Shown: positions 1 through 13,052, counted from the first letter of the stretch. The stretch: 38,885 bases of DNA from Octopus sinensis (GCF_006345805.1 NW_021835734.1:1-38885); one strand, 5' to 3'. Numbers and translations are program-made. The notes: a model not told the origin generated them from the letters alone.

Positions 1-2837
1 CTACGGACCGACAGGAAAGAAAGGAGTCATGGAGGAGTTGCTATGTAATCCGTGGGGACCTCACACCCAAGGTCTTTTGTCATACTCAACTCGGTGTGTG
101 ACACACTAATGTACCATAAGGCAACTTGATGTAGTTGTGTGTGCTACATATCGCCCTCCAGATGCCCCAAGTAATATGGGCAAGTTCGAGACTGCCTTTA
201 AAAATAGAAGAAGTTCTAACCACATTAGAACAACACAAAGGGTAACTTCTCATGGAGACTTCAATCTACCGAATGTCAGAATGGCCCGAGGGCCTTTCTC
301 TCCCAGGAATGACAAGATGTGAACGTGGACAGGCGAGGTCCCTCCTGAACCTCACACACACCCTGTACATGGAGCAAGTAATACTGCAAACAACCAGAGC
401 AGGTGGTAACACACTGGATCTCTGCTCACAAATAATATGGATCTCATCCATAATGTGAAAGTGACACCGACACTACCTCGGATCACAACATGGTAAAGCT
501 GACCATGTACGGGCCAAAAGAGAGCACGGACATGCAGCCTACAAGAACCCTCAGAATCTTTCCAGTGAACTTCAATAAGGCAAACTGGAAACAAATTGAG
601 AAAGAGATCCTCAAACAAAACTGGCCTGAATGTCTCTCCTCGCCGGACATCGACATGATACTTCAACAATTCATGTCTGTAATGCAAGCATATGCCTACA
701 AATGTGTCCCAGAGAGAAAGGCCACTGTACACAGAAAAAAATCCCCAGAGAGAGGAAGATTCTAATGAGACGGCGTACAAAATTTCAAATCGCCTAAACA
801 AACAAATTGAAAGTAGTGAAAAGTCCCGCCTGAAATAAAACTGTTGGCAATGGAAAATTGTCTGCAACTTTCCCATGAGAAGGAAAGAGCAGACAAGAAG
901 CCTGGGCTATAGACAACATAAAAACTACCCCAGGCTTTCTACAGGTATGCCAAAGAACGGTACAGTGCACTGTAGGATAGGGCCACTCCTTGAAAAGGAT
1001 GGCCACACACACAGAAAACCAATGAGGGTAAGTGAAATACTGAATGAACAATTCAAGAGTGTTTTCACTCCCCCCTTGGTTGGCATTCCAATCAGCAATC
1101 CAACTGACTTCTTTACCACTGCAGATATAGAATCAGAGGCGGGGCACGATAAGTTACATCGAGATAAAGGAAGACGATGTAATAAAGGCTATAGATGAAA
1201 TGAAAATAGACTCAGCTCTGGCCCCGATGGATTCCCGGCAATCCTCCTAAAAGTATGTAAGAGAGTCTTAGCAAGACCACTGCAGTCCCTCTTTCAGAGC
1301 TTCCCTTGCAGCTGGCAAACTTCCAAGGGGACTGAAGGAAGGTAAAATATGCCCTATTCATAAAGAGGTAGCAGAGCAGAGGCAAAGAAATACACACCTA
1401 TCTCTCGACCTCACACATCAGCAAGGTCATGGAACGAATAGTCAGAAGGAAACTAATCACCTTCCTTGAAGAAAATGACTTGCTGCCTGACACCCAACAT
1501 GTTTCCGACCAGGAAGAAGCTGCTAACTCAAGTCCTGCAGCACTATGACTGGGTGCTGAAAAACTGCTCAACCACTCAAATGTGGAAGTCATATATCTCG
1601 ACTTCGCAAAGGCTTCGATAAGTCGATCACGGAATGATATGTCACAGGACTGCGTGATCTTGGCATAGTTGGAAAACTAGAGAATGGCTTCACGACTTTC
1701 TGAAGAATAGAAGTCAGGTGGTAGTAGCCAATGGGGCCACTTCTATTAACACGCAAATAATGAGGGTGTTCCACAGGGCACTGTTTTGGGACCACTACTG
1801 TTCATAATGGCCCTCTCAGACATGCCCTCAGCCACGCAGAGACCACGATCACAAGTTATGCAGATGATACAAAGTTTCACAGGCAATACAGAACCCTGAG
1901 GACACAAAAACCTGCAATGTGAGCTGGACGAAATATACAAGTGGCTGAAAAGAATAGCATGCAGTTCAATGCTGGAAAGGTTTCAAGCTTTATACTATCA
2001 GCATGCAAAATTGAATGCAATACCAATGAATCACTGGACCCGGAGGGATTGCAATCCGAGGCACAATCAGTGCGTGACCTGGGTATTCACATGAGTGATG
2101 ACGCGACCTTTCATGTACATGTTGCTAACTGACAGTGAAATGTAGACGGCTGGCTGGCTGGATTCTTAGAACCTTTAGAACAAGAGAACAAGAAACCATG
2201 ATGGTCCTCTGGAAGACACTTGTCCTAAGCCACTTGACTATTGCTCTCAGCTATGCTTTGTCACCATCCAGTGTCAAGTTGATCACAGAACTTGAGGCGA
2301 TCCAATGAAGCTACACAAAGAAGATAGCCTCTATGCAGAATGTAAGCTACTGGGAAAGACTCAAGAGATTAAAATTATACTCCCTGGAGCGTAGGCGGGA
2401 GATATGCCATAATATACATCTGGAAGATCCTGGAGGGAAGTGTCCTGAATTGGCATCGAGTTACACAAATGCCAGAACTGGCGCCACTGCGTGGTGCCTA
2501 GGACTCCAAACCTGCCATCAAGATGTAGGACAAGATTCTGTGATAGCCTGGGCTTCCGAGCGGCCCACAGCTCTTCAATATTCTCCCCGAAGAACCTGAG
2601 AGACCTCATGGGGTGGATACAGATGTCTTAAATGAAGCTGGATCTCTTCCTGTCAGGTGTCCCAGATGAACCAACTTCACGGCAGGAGGGGCAGATAGGC
2701 AGCTGCATCGAACTCTCTCATGCACCAAATAGCAGTTGCTAGAAAGCCTCCATGAAGTAAAACCAAGTAGCAACACCCAAATGGCGGTGCCCCAGCATGG
2801 CCCACAGCTCATAGGCTGGAACTGGAATCAATCAATC
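1..2837 (+). mobile_element. CR1-clade LINE copy A (APE endonuclease + RT), frameshifted, 5' end outside window
   Basis: Fragmented ORFs give GDFNLP (EN), [40 protein letters not shown] and a C-terminal VPDEP. It ends in an (ATCA)n-like tail at 2824-2837. Many 1-nt indels. Confidence 0.92.
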
Positions 2838-2863
2838 ATATATATATACATATATATATATAT

Positions 2864-2926
<63 letters not shown>

Positions 2927-2930
2927 TTTA

Positions 2931-2969
<39 letters not shown>

Positions 2970-3263
2970 CATATATATATATACATATATATATATACCT
3001 TATATATATATACATATATATATATCTATATATATATATTTATATATATATATATATACATATATATATCTATATTTATATATATATATATTTATATATA
3101 TATATAGATATTTATATATATATATATATTTATCTATATATATAATATATATATATATATATAATATTTAATATTTAATATATTTATATATATATTTATA
3201 TATATATTTATATATATATATATTATATATATATATATATTATATATATATATATATATTTAG

Positions 3264-3315
<52 letters not shown>

Positions 3316-3367
3316 TATATATATATACATATTATATATAATATATATATATATACATATAGATATC

Positions 3368-3398
<31 letters not shown>

Positions 3399-3408
3399 TA
3401 TATATATT

Positions 3409-3470
<62 letters not shown>

Positions 3471-3605
3471 ATATAATATATAGATATTATATATATATAT
3501 AGATATATATATACATTATATATTTATATATATATATATATATACATATATATATTATATATATAGAATTATTAATATATATATACTAATATATATATAT
3601 ATATT

Positions 3606-3642
<37 letters not shown>

Positions 3643-4343
3643 TTATATATATACGTATATACATATATATATATATAATATATATTTATATATATATTTA
3701 TATATATTATATATCTATATATATATATATATATTATACTTATATATCTATAGATCATAATATATATACATATATAATATATATACATATATATTATAAA
3801 ATCTATAATATTATATATATATATAGATATATACATATATATATATATATATACATATATAATATATACTATATATAAGACATATATATATATATATACA
3901 TAATATACATATATATATATATACATATATATATCTCTAACATTATATAAAATATATACATCTATATATATACATATATATATACATATATATATATACA
4001 TATATATATATATACATATATATATATACATATATATATATATACATATTATATATATACATACTATCTATAATATGATTGATTTTGATTTTTGTATATA
4101 TATATATATGTGTGTGTGTAAATATATAATATATATATATATGTGTGGTGTATAAATATATATAATATACATATATAATGTGTAAACATATATAATTATA
4201 TATATATATATATATGTGTAAACATATATATAGATATATAGATACATATATATAACATAATACATACACATATACATGCATACACATATACATACATACA
4301 CTATATATATATGTGTATGTATGTATATGTGTATATATCTATT

Positions 4344-4390
<47 letters not shown>

Positions 4391-4524
4391 ATATCTCTAT
4401 ATATATATATATGTATATATCTATGTATGTATATATCTCTATATATATATATGTATATATCTATGTATGTATATATATATATATGTATGTATGTGTATTT
4501 ATGTATATACACATACATATATAT
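2838..4524. repeat. Degenerate (TA)n/(TACA)n microsatellite array, about 1.7 kb
   Basis: Directly visible; includes TATATACATA decamer runs near 3960-4050. Confidence 0.98.
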
Positions 4525-4572
4525 CATCATCATCATTTAACGTCTGCTTTCCATGCTAGCATTGGTCGGACG
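4525..4572 (-). mobile_element. Extremely 5'-truncated RTE 3' stub with (GAT)n tail
   Basis: Reverse complement matches the last ~45 nt of the RTE copies ending at 16033 and 32058. Confidence 0.8.
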
Positions 4573-4630
4573 ATATATATATATATACACATATACATAT
4601 ATTTATATTTATTTTATATATTTTATATTT

Positions 4631-5861
4631 TATCCAGTTTCAGCTCATAAGCTGTGGCCATGCTGGGGCACTGCCATTCGGTGTTGCTACATGATTTTAC
4701 TTCACGAATGCTTTTTAGCAATTGCCATTTGGTGCATGAGAGAGTTTGATGCAGCTGCCCTCATCTGCACCTCCTGCCGTGAAGTTGGTTCATCTGGGAT
4801 ACCTGACAGGAAGAGGTCCAGCATTATTTTAAAGACATCTGCATCCATCCCATGGAGGTCTCTCAGGTCCTTCGGGGGGATATTGAAGAGCTGTGGACCT
4901 CTGAAGCCCAGGCTATCACAGTATCTTGTCCTACATCTTGATGGCAAATTTGGAGTCCTAGTATTTGTGTAACTCTCGATGCCAAAGTTTGGGACAAGTC
5001 CTTCCAGGATCTTCCAGATGTATATTATGGCATATCTTTCTTGCCTACGCTCTCAGGAATAGAGTTTTAATCTCTTGAGTCTTTCCCAGTAGCTTATATG
5101 CTGCACTTCATGGATTGCCTCAAGTTCTGTGATTAATTTGACTCTGGATGGTGACCATAGCTGAGAGCAATAGTCAAAGTGGCTTAGGACAAGTGTCCTC
5201 CAGAGGTCCATCATGGTTTCCTGGTCTCTTGTTCTAAAAGCTCTAAGAATCCATCCGGTCAGCCGCCTACATTTCATTGCCAATTTAGCAACATGCACAT
5301 GAAAGGTTGCATCATTACTCTTGTAAATACCCACTGATTGTGCCTCTGGGATTGCAATCCCTCCAGGTCCAGTGTATTTATTGGGTATTGCATTTAGTTT
5401 TGCATGCTGATAGCATAAAGCTTGAAACTTTTCAGCATTGAACTGCATGCTATTCTTTTCAGCCCACTTGTATATTTTGTCCCGCTCACATTGCAGGTTT
5501 TTAGTGTCTTCAGGGTTCTGTATTGCCTGTGAAACTTTTGTATCATCTGCATAACTTGTGATCGTGGCTGAGAGCATGTCTGAGAGGGCCATTATAAACA
5601 GTAGTGGTCCCAAAACAGTGCCTTGTGGAACACTGCTCACTATTTGCGTGTTATTGGAGGTGGCCCCATAGGCTACTACCACCTGACTTCTAACCTTCAG
5701 TAAGTCATGAAGCCATTCTCCCAATTTTCCAACTATGCCAAGATCACGCAGTTTGTGACATATCATTCCATGATCGACTTTATCGAAGGCCTTTGCAAGT
5801 CGAGATATATGACTTCCACATTTGAGTGATTGAGCAGTTGTTTCAGCACCCAGTCATAGTG
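4631..5861 (-). mobile_element. CR1-clade LINE copy B, 3' segment (RT and 3' end)
   Basis: ORFs 5053-5766(-) ([18 protein letters not shown]) and 4702-4947(-) (IPDEP); 3' end homologous to 2790-2826. Confidence 0.92.
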
Positions 5862-6318
5862 ATGACTGGGTGCTGAAACAACTGCTCAATCACTCAAATG
5901 TGGAAGTCATATATCTCTACTTTGCAAAGGCCTTCGATAAAGTCGATCATGGAATGATATGTCACAAACTGCGTGATCTTGGCATAGTTGGAAAATTGGG
6001 AGAATGGCTTCATGACTTACTGAAGGTTAGAAGTCAGGTGGTAGTAGCCTATGGGGCCACCTCCAATAACACGCAAATAGTGAGCAGTGTTCCACAAGGC
6101 ACTGTTTTGGGACCACTACTGTTTATAATGGCCCTCTCAGACATGCTCTCAGCCACGATCACAAGTTATGCAGATGATACAAAAGTTTCACAGGCAATAC
6201 AGAACCCTGAAGACACTAGGCACCTGCAATGTGAGCGGGACAAAATATACAAGTGGGCTGAAAAGAATAGCATGCAGTTCAATACTGAAAAGTTTCAAGC
6301 TTTATGCTATCAGCATGC
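5862..6318 (+). repeat. Inverted duplication of 5401-5857 (fold-back arm, 4-nt loop AGTG at 5858-5861)
   Basis: Centre reads cccagtcat-agtg-atgactggg. The arms are reverse complements with only a handful of differences, and ORFs 5053-5766(-) and 5870-6619(+) encode nearly the same peptide. Confidence 0.95.
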
Positions 6319-6397
6319 ATATATATATTTATATATATATCAGCATGCATATATATATACATATATATATTTATATATATATATATATATACATATA

Positions 6398-6439
<42 letters not shown>

Positions 6440-6617
6440 CAGCATGCATATATATATATATATTATATATATATTTTATATAATATCAGCATGCATATAT
6501 ATATACATATATATATTTATATATATATATATATATACATATATATATTTATATATTATATATATTTATATATAAAGATATATATATATATATATACATA
6601 TATATTTATATACATAT
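6319..6617. repeat. (TA)n array with three additional TATCAGCATGCA copies of the arm terminus
   Basis: The motif occurs at about 6308 (arm end), 6338, 6436 and 6484. Confidence 0.9.
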
Positions 6618-8013
6618 AGTTAGGCAGCTCCTTCCTGGTCGGAAACCATGTTGGGTGTCAGGCAGCAAGTCATTTTCTTCAAGGAAGGTGATCAGTTTCC
6701 TTCTGACTATTCGTTCCATGACCTTGCTGATGTGTGAGGTCAGAGAGATAGGTCTATAGTTCTTGGCTTCCGCTCTGCTACCTCCTTTATGAAAGGGGCA
6801 TATTTTACCTTCCTTCAGTTTTCTTGGAAGTTTGCCAGTTGCAAGGAAGCTCTGAAAGAGGATCTGCAGTGGTCTTGCTAGGACTCTCTTACATACTTTT
6901 AGGAGGATTGCCGGGAATCCATCGGGGCCAATAGCTGAGTCTGTTTTCATTTCATCTATGGCCTTTATTACATTGTCTTCCTTTATATTGATGTAATCTA
7001 TCGTCGCCGCCTCTGATTCTATATCTGCAGTGGTAAAGAAGTCAGTTGGATTGCTGATTTGGAAATGCCCTAGGGGTGGAGTGAAAATACTTTTGAATTG
7101 CTCATTTAGTATTTCACTTATCCTCATTGGATTTCCTGTGTGTGTGCCATCCTTTTCAAGGAGTGGCCCTATCCTACAGTGCACCATAGCTGTTTCTTTG
7201 GCAAACTTGTAGAAAGCTCTGGGGTTAGATTTTATGTTGTCTATAGCCCAGGCTTCTTTTCCATGGGAGAGTTGCAGACATTTTTCAATTTCCAGCAGTT
7301 TTATTTTCAGGCGGAACTTTTCACTGCTTTCAATTTGTTTGTTTAAGCGATTTGAAACTTTTGTACGCTATCTCATAAGAATTTTCCTCTCTCTGGGGAT
7401 TTTGTTCTTGTGTACAGTGGCCTTTCTCTCTGGGACACATTTGTAGCAAATGGCTTGCATTACAGACATGAATTGTTGAAGTTTCATGTCGATGTCTGGC
7501 GAGGAGAGACATTTAGTCCAGTTTTGTTTGAGGATCTCTTTCTCAATTTGTTTCCAGTTTGCCTTATGGAAGTTCAAGCTGGAAAGATTCTGAGAGTTTC
7601 TTGTAGGCTGCATGTCCATGCTTTCCTTTGGCCCGTACATGGTCAGCTCTACCATGTTGTGATCCGAGAGTAGTGTCGGTGTCACTTTCACATTATGGAT
7701 GAGATCCATATTATTTGTGAAGCAGAGATCCAGTGTGTTACCTGCCCTGGTTGGTTGGAGTATTATTTTCTCCATGTACAGGGTGTTGATGAGGTTCAGG
7801 AGGTACCTCACCTGTCCTCGTTCGCATCGTGTCATTCCTGGGAGAGAAAGGCCCTCGGGCCATCTGACATTGGGCAGATTGAAGTCTCCCATGAGAAGTA
7901 CACTTATGTGCTGTTCTAGTGTGACTAGAACTTCTATTTTTGTAAGGCAGTCTTCAAACTTGGAGCATCTGGAGGGCGATATGTAGCACACACAACTACA
8001 TCAAGTTGCCTTA
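6618..8013 (-). mobile_element. CR1-clade LINE copy B, 5' segment (EN C-terminal half, linker, start of RT)
   Basis: ORFs 7368-7991(-) (GDFNLP, TRAGNTLDLCF, SDHNMV) and 6606-7187(-) (GPDG, NYRPISLTS, QHGFRPGRSC). It resumes 12 nt upstream of the segment ending at 5861. Confidence 0.92.
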
Positions 8014-8042
8014 TATGTACAACCAGCATGTCATATAAGGTA

Positions 8043-8379
8043 TTGAGAACTGTCGTATTAAAAAAAAAAAAGGAAAGTGGAACTCTAAGAGACTGTTGAT
8101 TGTGAACTTTGTGCTAAATGTAAAATGGTTTGTTCTTCGAACTCTGTACATGATTTGTCAACCTTTGTTTTGGAATGCTTTGGTTTTGTACGCAAAAAAA
8201 AATGTTTGAATTACGCAACTTCCGCCTGTGTCTCTTCTTTTGTTGTTGTGTTGGTTCCTGGCTGCGTTCGCTGCCTTCCCCCTTTCCCGTGGTAGATTTC
8301 CGGTTTACTGAGTGTCATAGTTGCGACTTAGGGCCCGTGGTGGAATCGGAATGCCTTGGGCCTGAGTGGCAGCGTAACA
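8043..8379 (+). repeat. 5' LTR remnant (only the last ~335 bp)
   Basis: Homologous to 13572-13905; ends CGTAACA, the inverted repeat of TGTTACG at 13122. Confidence 0.93.
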
Positions 8380-8381
8380 AC

Positions 8382-8400
8382 TGGTGTCAGAAGTGGGATT
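8382..8400 (+). promoter_or_regulatory. Primer binding site complementary to tRNA-Leu(CAA) 3' end
   Basis: TGGTGTCAGAAGTGGGATT lies 2 nt after the LTR and is the reverse complement of AATCCCACTTCTGACACCA, the metazoan tRNA-Leu(CAA) 3' end as I recall it. Confidence 0.85.
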
Positions 8401-8430
8401 TTAATTGCTGCAGTTAATTGGTTGTCCACC

Positions 8431-9519
8431 ATGGCTTCAGGGGAACCACAAACGAAGAGCCAATCCGCGAAAGAAGAGAACGCAACTAGAAACATTCATG
8501 GGAAGGGTAGAGAAGAGCAATGGCGGTTGCAGGAAGACCACCAGCAGTTTAAGGAGGAGTTGTGCGGAATGAGTGGTGATGTCACATGGTGCAGGGAGCA
8601 AATGGATAGGCTAGACAAGAGAGTGGAATGCGTGGAGAAACTTTGTGTCACCGGGCCTGAGGTTGCTGAACCTGAAGTGGTTGCTGTTGCTCTGCTACAT
8701 CGTAATGCTCCAACATCTGGGCCCCTGTCTCCCAGAGTTCAGGGTAGCTCTGTGGTTCCCATTAGGAAGAAACCACAGGAATTCGATGGCAAAGTGTCTT
8801 GGGAGGCCTACCGAATCCAGTTTGAGATGCTGGCTGACCAGAACGGTTGGGACGAGGGGCAAAGTGCCGTTCAGCTTGCCACCAGCTTGAAGGGTCCTGC
8901 ACTGGAGGTGCTGGGCCGGCTGTCAGAAGTAGACAGGGGCCATTACTCGGCGCTGGTAGAAGTCCCCCAGAAGAAATATGGCGCTATGTACCAGAGTGAA
9001 ACGTACAGGGCACGCTTCCGCACCCGTGTCAGGGCTAGAGGGGAACCCCTACAGCAGCTTGCCCAGGACTTGGAGGGCATGGTGCATAAAGCCTACCCTA
9101 CAGCTGCCCCCGATCTCTTGTCTCTTCTTTTGAAAGAGCAATTTATAGATGCTCTTGAGAGCACAAACCTCAAGGTCCAAGTAAAGCAGACACGGCCAGG
9201 TACGATGCAGGAAGCGCTAGCAAGCGTCCTGGAATTCGAGTCGTACATAAAATCTAGCACTGGAAATTTCCGAGTGAGTGGCGGCTCTGGATTCCAAGCA
9301 AAGAGAGGAAAGATCCACGGTGTTGACAGACTTGGAGATAGCCATGAACCTTGTGAAAGGGACAAGGAGACGACTGGTGTGTGTTGCTGGCACTGTGGGA
9401 GACCTGGACACAAGTGGCAGGACTGCTACAGCTTGAAGAGAGAGAGAGAAAACAGGACAGTAGAGCAGGGTCTGCTTTTAAGGGCAAGTGCTGGAGATGT
9501 GGAAAAAGGGGGCACATGA
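8431..9519 (+). CDS. gag: Gypsy Gag (capsid-like region plus CCHC knuckle); second knuckle frameshifted
   Basis: CCACCATGG start context, KPQEFDG motif and CWHCGRPGHKWQDC knuckle. A second knuckle, CWRCGKRGHMKYDC, is in another frame (ORF 9381-9587) after an (AG)n run. Confidence 0.85.
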   Translation: MASGEPQTKSQSAKEENATRNIHGKGREEQWRLQEDHQQFKEELCGMSGDVTWCREQMDRLDKRVECVEKLCVTGPEVAEPEVVAVALLHRNAPTSGPLSPRVQGSSVVPIRKKPQEFDGKVSWEAYRIQFEMLADQNGWDEGQSAVQLATSLKGPALEVLGRLSEVDRGHYSALVEVPQKKYGAMYQSETYRARFRTRVRARGEPLQQLAQDLEGMVHKAYPTAAPDLLSLLLKEQFIDALESTNLKVQVKQTRPGTMQEALASVLEFESYIKSSTGNFRVSGGSGFQAKRGKIHGVDRLGDSHEPCERDKETTGVCCWHCGRPGHKWQDCYSLKRERENRTVEQGLLLRASAGDVEKGGT

Positions 9520-9660
9520 AGTATGACTGCCCAACAGGAACTACAGAAAGTAAAGAGAGTCGGAAAACTAAGAGGAGCTGGTGTTAAGGGGCAACCGCCA
9601 GCCAGACACTCCAAACAGGCCTCACACTCAAGACGGCGTGCATAGTCTGGGATCGACAGC

Positions 9661-12600
9661 ATACGAGTGGATGGAAGAATTAACGGCCGGACGTGCTCCC
9701 TTGTGGTTGACTCAGCCTCGGGACAGACCTTTGTGAGACTCGATGTGTTGCAGCATCTATACCTGCCAGAGTCATCGCAGCAGTTGTGCGGTGTTACCGG
9801 ACCTTGTACTGAGCTGAGGGGGCCAGTTAAGGTCCAGATCGATGTTGCTGGACTAGAAGTTGTGCTTCCTGCCTATGTGGTGGAGATGGAAGACCAGTGC
9901 ATTTTGGGGTTGGATTATTTGACGTCAAATGCTTGTCAGCTGGACTTGGGTTCCATGAAACTTTCGGTGCAGGGAAGACCAGTCTCTGTTAAGGTGGTAG
10001 AGTGGACTGCGCCTGGTAGCAAGATGAGAGCGCTACGGATGACAGTGATACCACCAAGATCAGAAAAACTGCTCCAGTGTTGTGTGAGCGATCCGCTTGA
10101 TGGCTTTTTGGGCTGGTGGAGCCTGACAGACGATGCAAAATGAAAGCTGGAGTGACTATCGGGCGAACCCTGGTGGAGGCAGGAGCTGATGAAGTGCTGG
10201 TGGTGGCAGCCAACTGCTCGAGAGTGGCACAGAAGATTTGTAAAGGACAAATCGTGGAACTGTGCCAGGCAGTAGACCGGCGGCAGGGTCAGTTGCGTAA
10301 CTGCAGGGGGGTAGTCTGCCTGTGCAGTTACAAGATCTGTTCGCACGGAGTCGCCAGTGCTTAGATGGTGTTGAGGTTGAGGATGCTACTGGCGAAGTAT
10401 GCTGATGTGTTCTCTGCAGGGGATCTAGACCTCGGTTGCACGGACCTGGTGGAGCACCACATCGACACGGGCAGCCAGCTCAGAGGATGGCCCCAGTTCA
10501 GCAACAGGAAATGGAAGAAGTGATGGAGGAATACCGACGACAGGGAGTAGTGGAAAGATCGAACAGCCCACGGTCGTCAGCCATTGTTTTAGTGCGGAAG
10601 AAAGACGGCACAGTGAGATGCTGCATGGACTACCGAGCGCTCAATGAAGTGACGGTCAAGGATGCGTATCCTTTGCTGAGGATCGACGACCCGCTTGATG
10701 CTTTAGCGGGGGCTCGGTGGTTCTCTACCTTGGACATGAAGGCCGGATACCATCAAATCAAGGTTGCCGAGAAAGATAGGGAGAAGACCACATTTTCGTA
10801 TGGACGGGGTTTGTGGCAGTTCAGTGTGATGCCGTTCGACTTGTTTCGAGCGTCTGATGGGAGTACTGGAGGGCCTACACTGGCAGGCCGCCCTCATCTA
10901 TCTTGAAGATGTCATAGTGTTTGGCTGAACTTTTGATCAAGAGCTGGAGAGGTATTCGAGAGGCTTCGAACTGCAAACCTCAAGTTAAATCCAAAGAAGT
11001 GAGATACTTGGGACATATTGTAGGTGAAGACAGTGTCCGTACTGACCCAGAGAAGGTGACTGCCGTGAAGGATTGGCCGGTCCCTGCTTGTGTGAAGGAG
11101 TTCAGGAGTTTCCTCGGACTGTGCACCTATTATAGGCGCTTTGTGAAGGACTTTGCTACAGTGGCTGCACCGTTGCACAAACTACTGGGGAAGAGCCAAA
11201 AGTTTGAGTGGACTGCCATAACACAGTGTGCTTTTGATGAACTCAAGCAGGCGCTGTTGAGTTCCCCCGTGTTGCTGTACCCGGACCTAAGCAGGTCTTT
11301 CATACTGGACTGTGACGCCAGTAGCCACGGTATTGGAAGAGGAAGGTAAAACAAGGAATATGTGGTGGCATATTACAGTAAAAAGCTTAATCAACCTGAG
11401 CGAAACTACTGTGTAACCCGTAAGGAGCTTTTGGCGGTGATAAAGAGTGTCGACTTTTTCCATCCATACCTGTACGGTTCCCACTTTACCATCAGAACGG
11501 ACCATGTGGCACTCAAGTGGTTGAAGACACTGCAGAACCTGGAGGGACAATTAGCACACTGGCTAGGGAAACTGGACCAACACGACTATGAAGTACAGCA
11601 CCGTCTGGGGCGGGTACATGGCAATGCTGACAGTTTGAGCTGTCGCCCTTGTGAATCGGACTGCAAGCATTGTGCAAGAAGAGAACACAGTAGCAGGTGC
11701 AAACATACTACAGTGACTGGATACATGTCAACTGGAGAGGTACGGAAGAGACAGATGGAAGATGCCGACTTAGGGCCAGTGGTAGAGTGACTGCAGCAGG
11801 AAGCAGCAAGACCATTTTGGGAGGAGGTATCCAGGTCCAGCCCTGAAACTAAGAGCTATTGGGGCCAGTGGGACCTTCTTCGTCTGAACGACGGGTTGCT
11901 TGAGAGGCGCTGGGAGACACCCGATGGCCTCAATAAGTATTGGCAGTTGGTGATACCCAAGAAGATGAGACCTGAGCTGCTGGAGGAAGCTCACAACCAA
12001 ATTACGAGTGGACATCTGGGGGTCAAGAAAACGCTGAATCGGCTGCGGCACAGATTCTATTGGACGGGCATGCGTCAGGACGTTCAGGACTGGTGTCGAT
12101 CTCGTGATGTATGCTGCGCCAAGAAGGGATCAAGGAGGTGGGGGTGTGCCCCTCTGCAGTTATACCAGGTTGGTGTGCTCATGGAAAGGATAGCGGTGGA
12201 TATTGCTGGACCGTTACCACTCACGGAAAGAGGCAATAGGTACATATGTGTGGCCACGGACTATTTCACAAAATGGCCTGAGGCATATGCCATCCGTGAT
12301 CAGGAGGCCACATCTGTTGCGCAAGCGTTGGTAAATCAGTTCTTCTGTCGGTTCGGTGTGCCCCAGGAGTTGCATTCCGATCAAGGTAGGAACTTTGAAT
12401 CAGCTGTGTTCCAGGAGTGTTGGGGATTAAGAAGACCAAAACGACCCCAATGAGACCACAGTCGGACGGGATGGTGGAGAGGTTTAACTGGACACTAGGG
12501 AAACATTGTGTAGAAGGACAGTTGGAATGGGATTTGAAGCTACCTGCGCTATTGCTCGCTTATTGTTCGGCGACACATGTAACTACCGGCTATACACCTG

Positions 12601-13052
12601 CAAAGCTGATGTTGGGCCATGAAGTAAGGCTCCCAGTTGATCTGTTGATGGGAAGACCTCTGGGACAGGAGCTACCTAGGGAAACCTCCAGATACATGAA
12701 ACATCTGCAGGAGAGGCTGACTGAGGTACACCAGCAAGTTAGAGAGGCTCTGAAATTTTTGGGTGAGGTGATGAAGTGTCGGCATGACACCAGGGCTAGT
12801 GAGATCAAGTTCAAGGAGGGTGATGAGGTGTGGTTTCATAACCCCTGGCGGAAGAGAGGGCAGTCTCCGAAGCTGCAGAGTCCTTGGGAGGAGCCTTACA
12901 CGGTGATGAATCGCCTGTCCGATGTGACATACCGGATTCAAGGAGGCAGGAGGTCTTCTCCAAAAATTGTGCATGCGAACTGTCTGTGGAAATGCCATGG
13001 GTCTGGCCAGTTCAGCTGGAGCACGCCTTCAGAGGTTGGGCTCACCTGTTGA
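9661..13052 (+). pseudogene. pol: Gypsy Pol pseudogene: protease, RT, RNase H, integrase
   Basis: PR: LVVDSAS, ILGLDYL. RT: DYRALN, KDAYPL, LDMKAGYHQI, with YLDD mutated to YLED near 10898. RH: LDCDAS, ELLAV, TDH. INT: H..GHLG, VDIAGP, DYFTKW, HSDQG, GMVERFN, and GPY/F-like KLQSPWEEPY. Confidence 0.92.

Noticed and set aside
1-2837. High density of 1-nt indels in CR1 copy A as biological decay or editing
   Set aside because: Could equally be long-read consensus error next to a large TA array; not interpretable.
2736-4650. Long I/Y/M/C-rich ORFs (also 6168-6575, 29413-29712, 36613-38072)
   Set aside because: Translations of TA/CA microsatellites, which lack stop codons; not proteins.
9556-9665. 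Programmed -1 frameshift at G GAA AAC TAA between gag and pol
   Set aside because: A -1 shift would reach the protease frame, but the heptamer is non-canonical, nearby indels obscure the original frames and a TAG at 9643 interrupts; this cannot be resolved without a consensus.
9936-12998. Antisense ORFs over Gypsy pol, and similar ones over the CR1/RTE copies
   Set aside because: Shadow frames of coding TE sequence.
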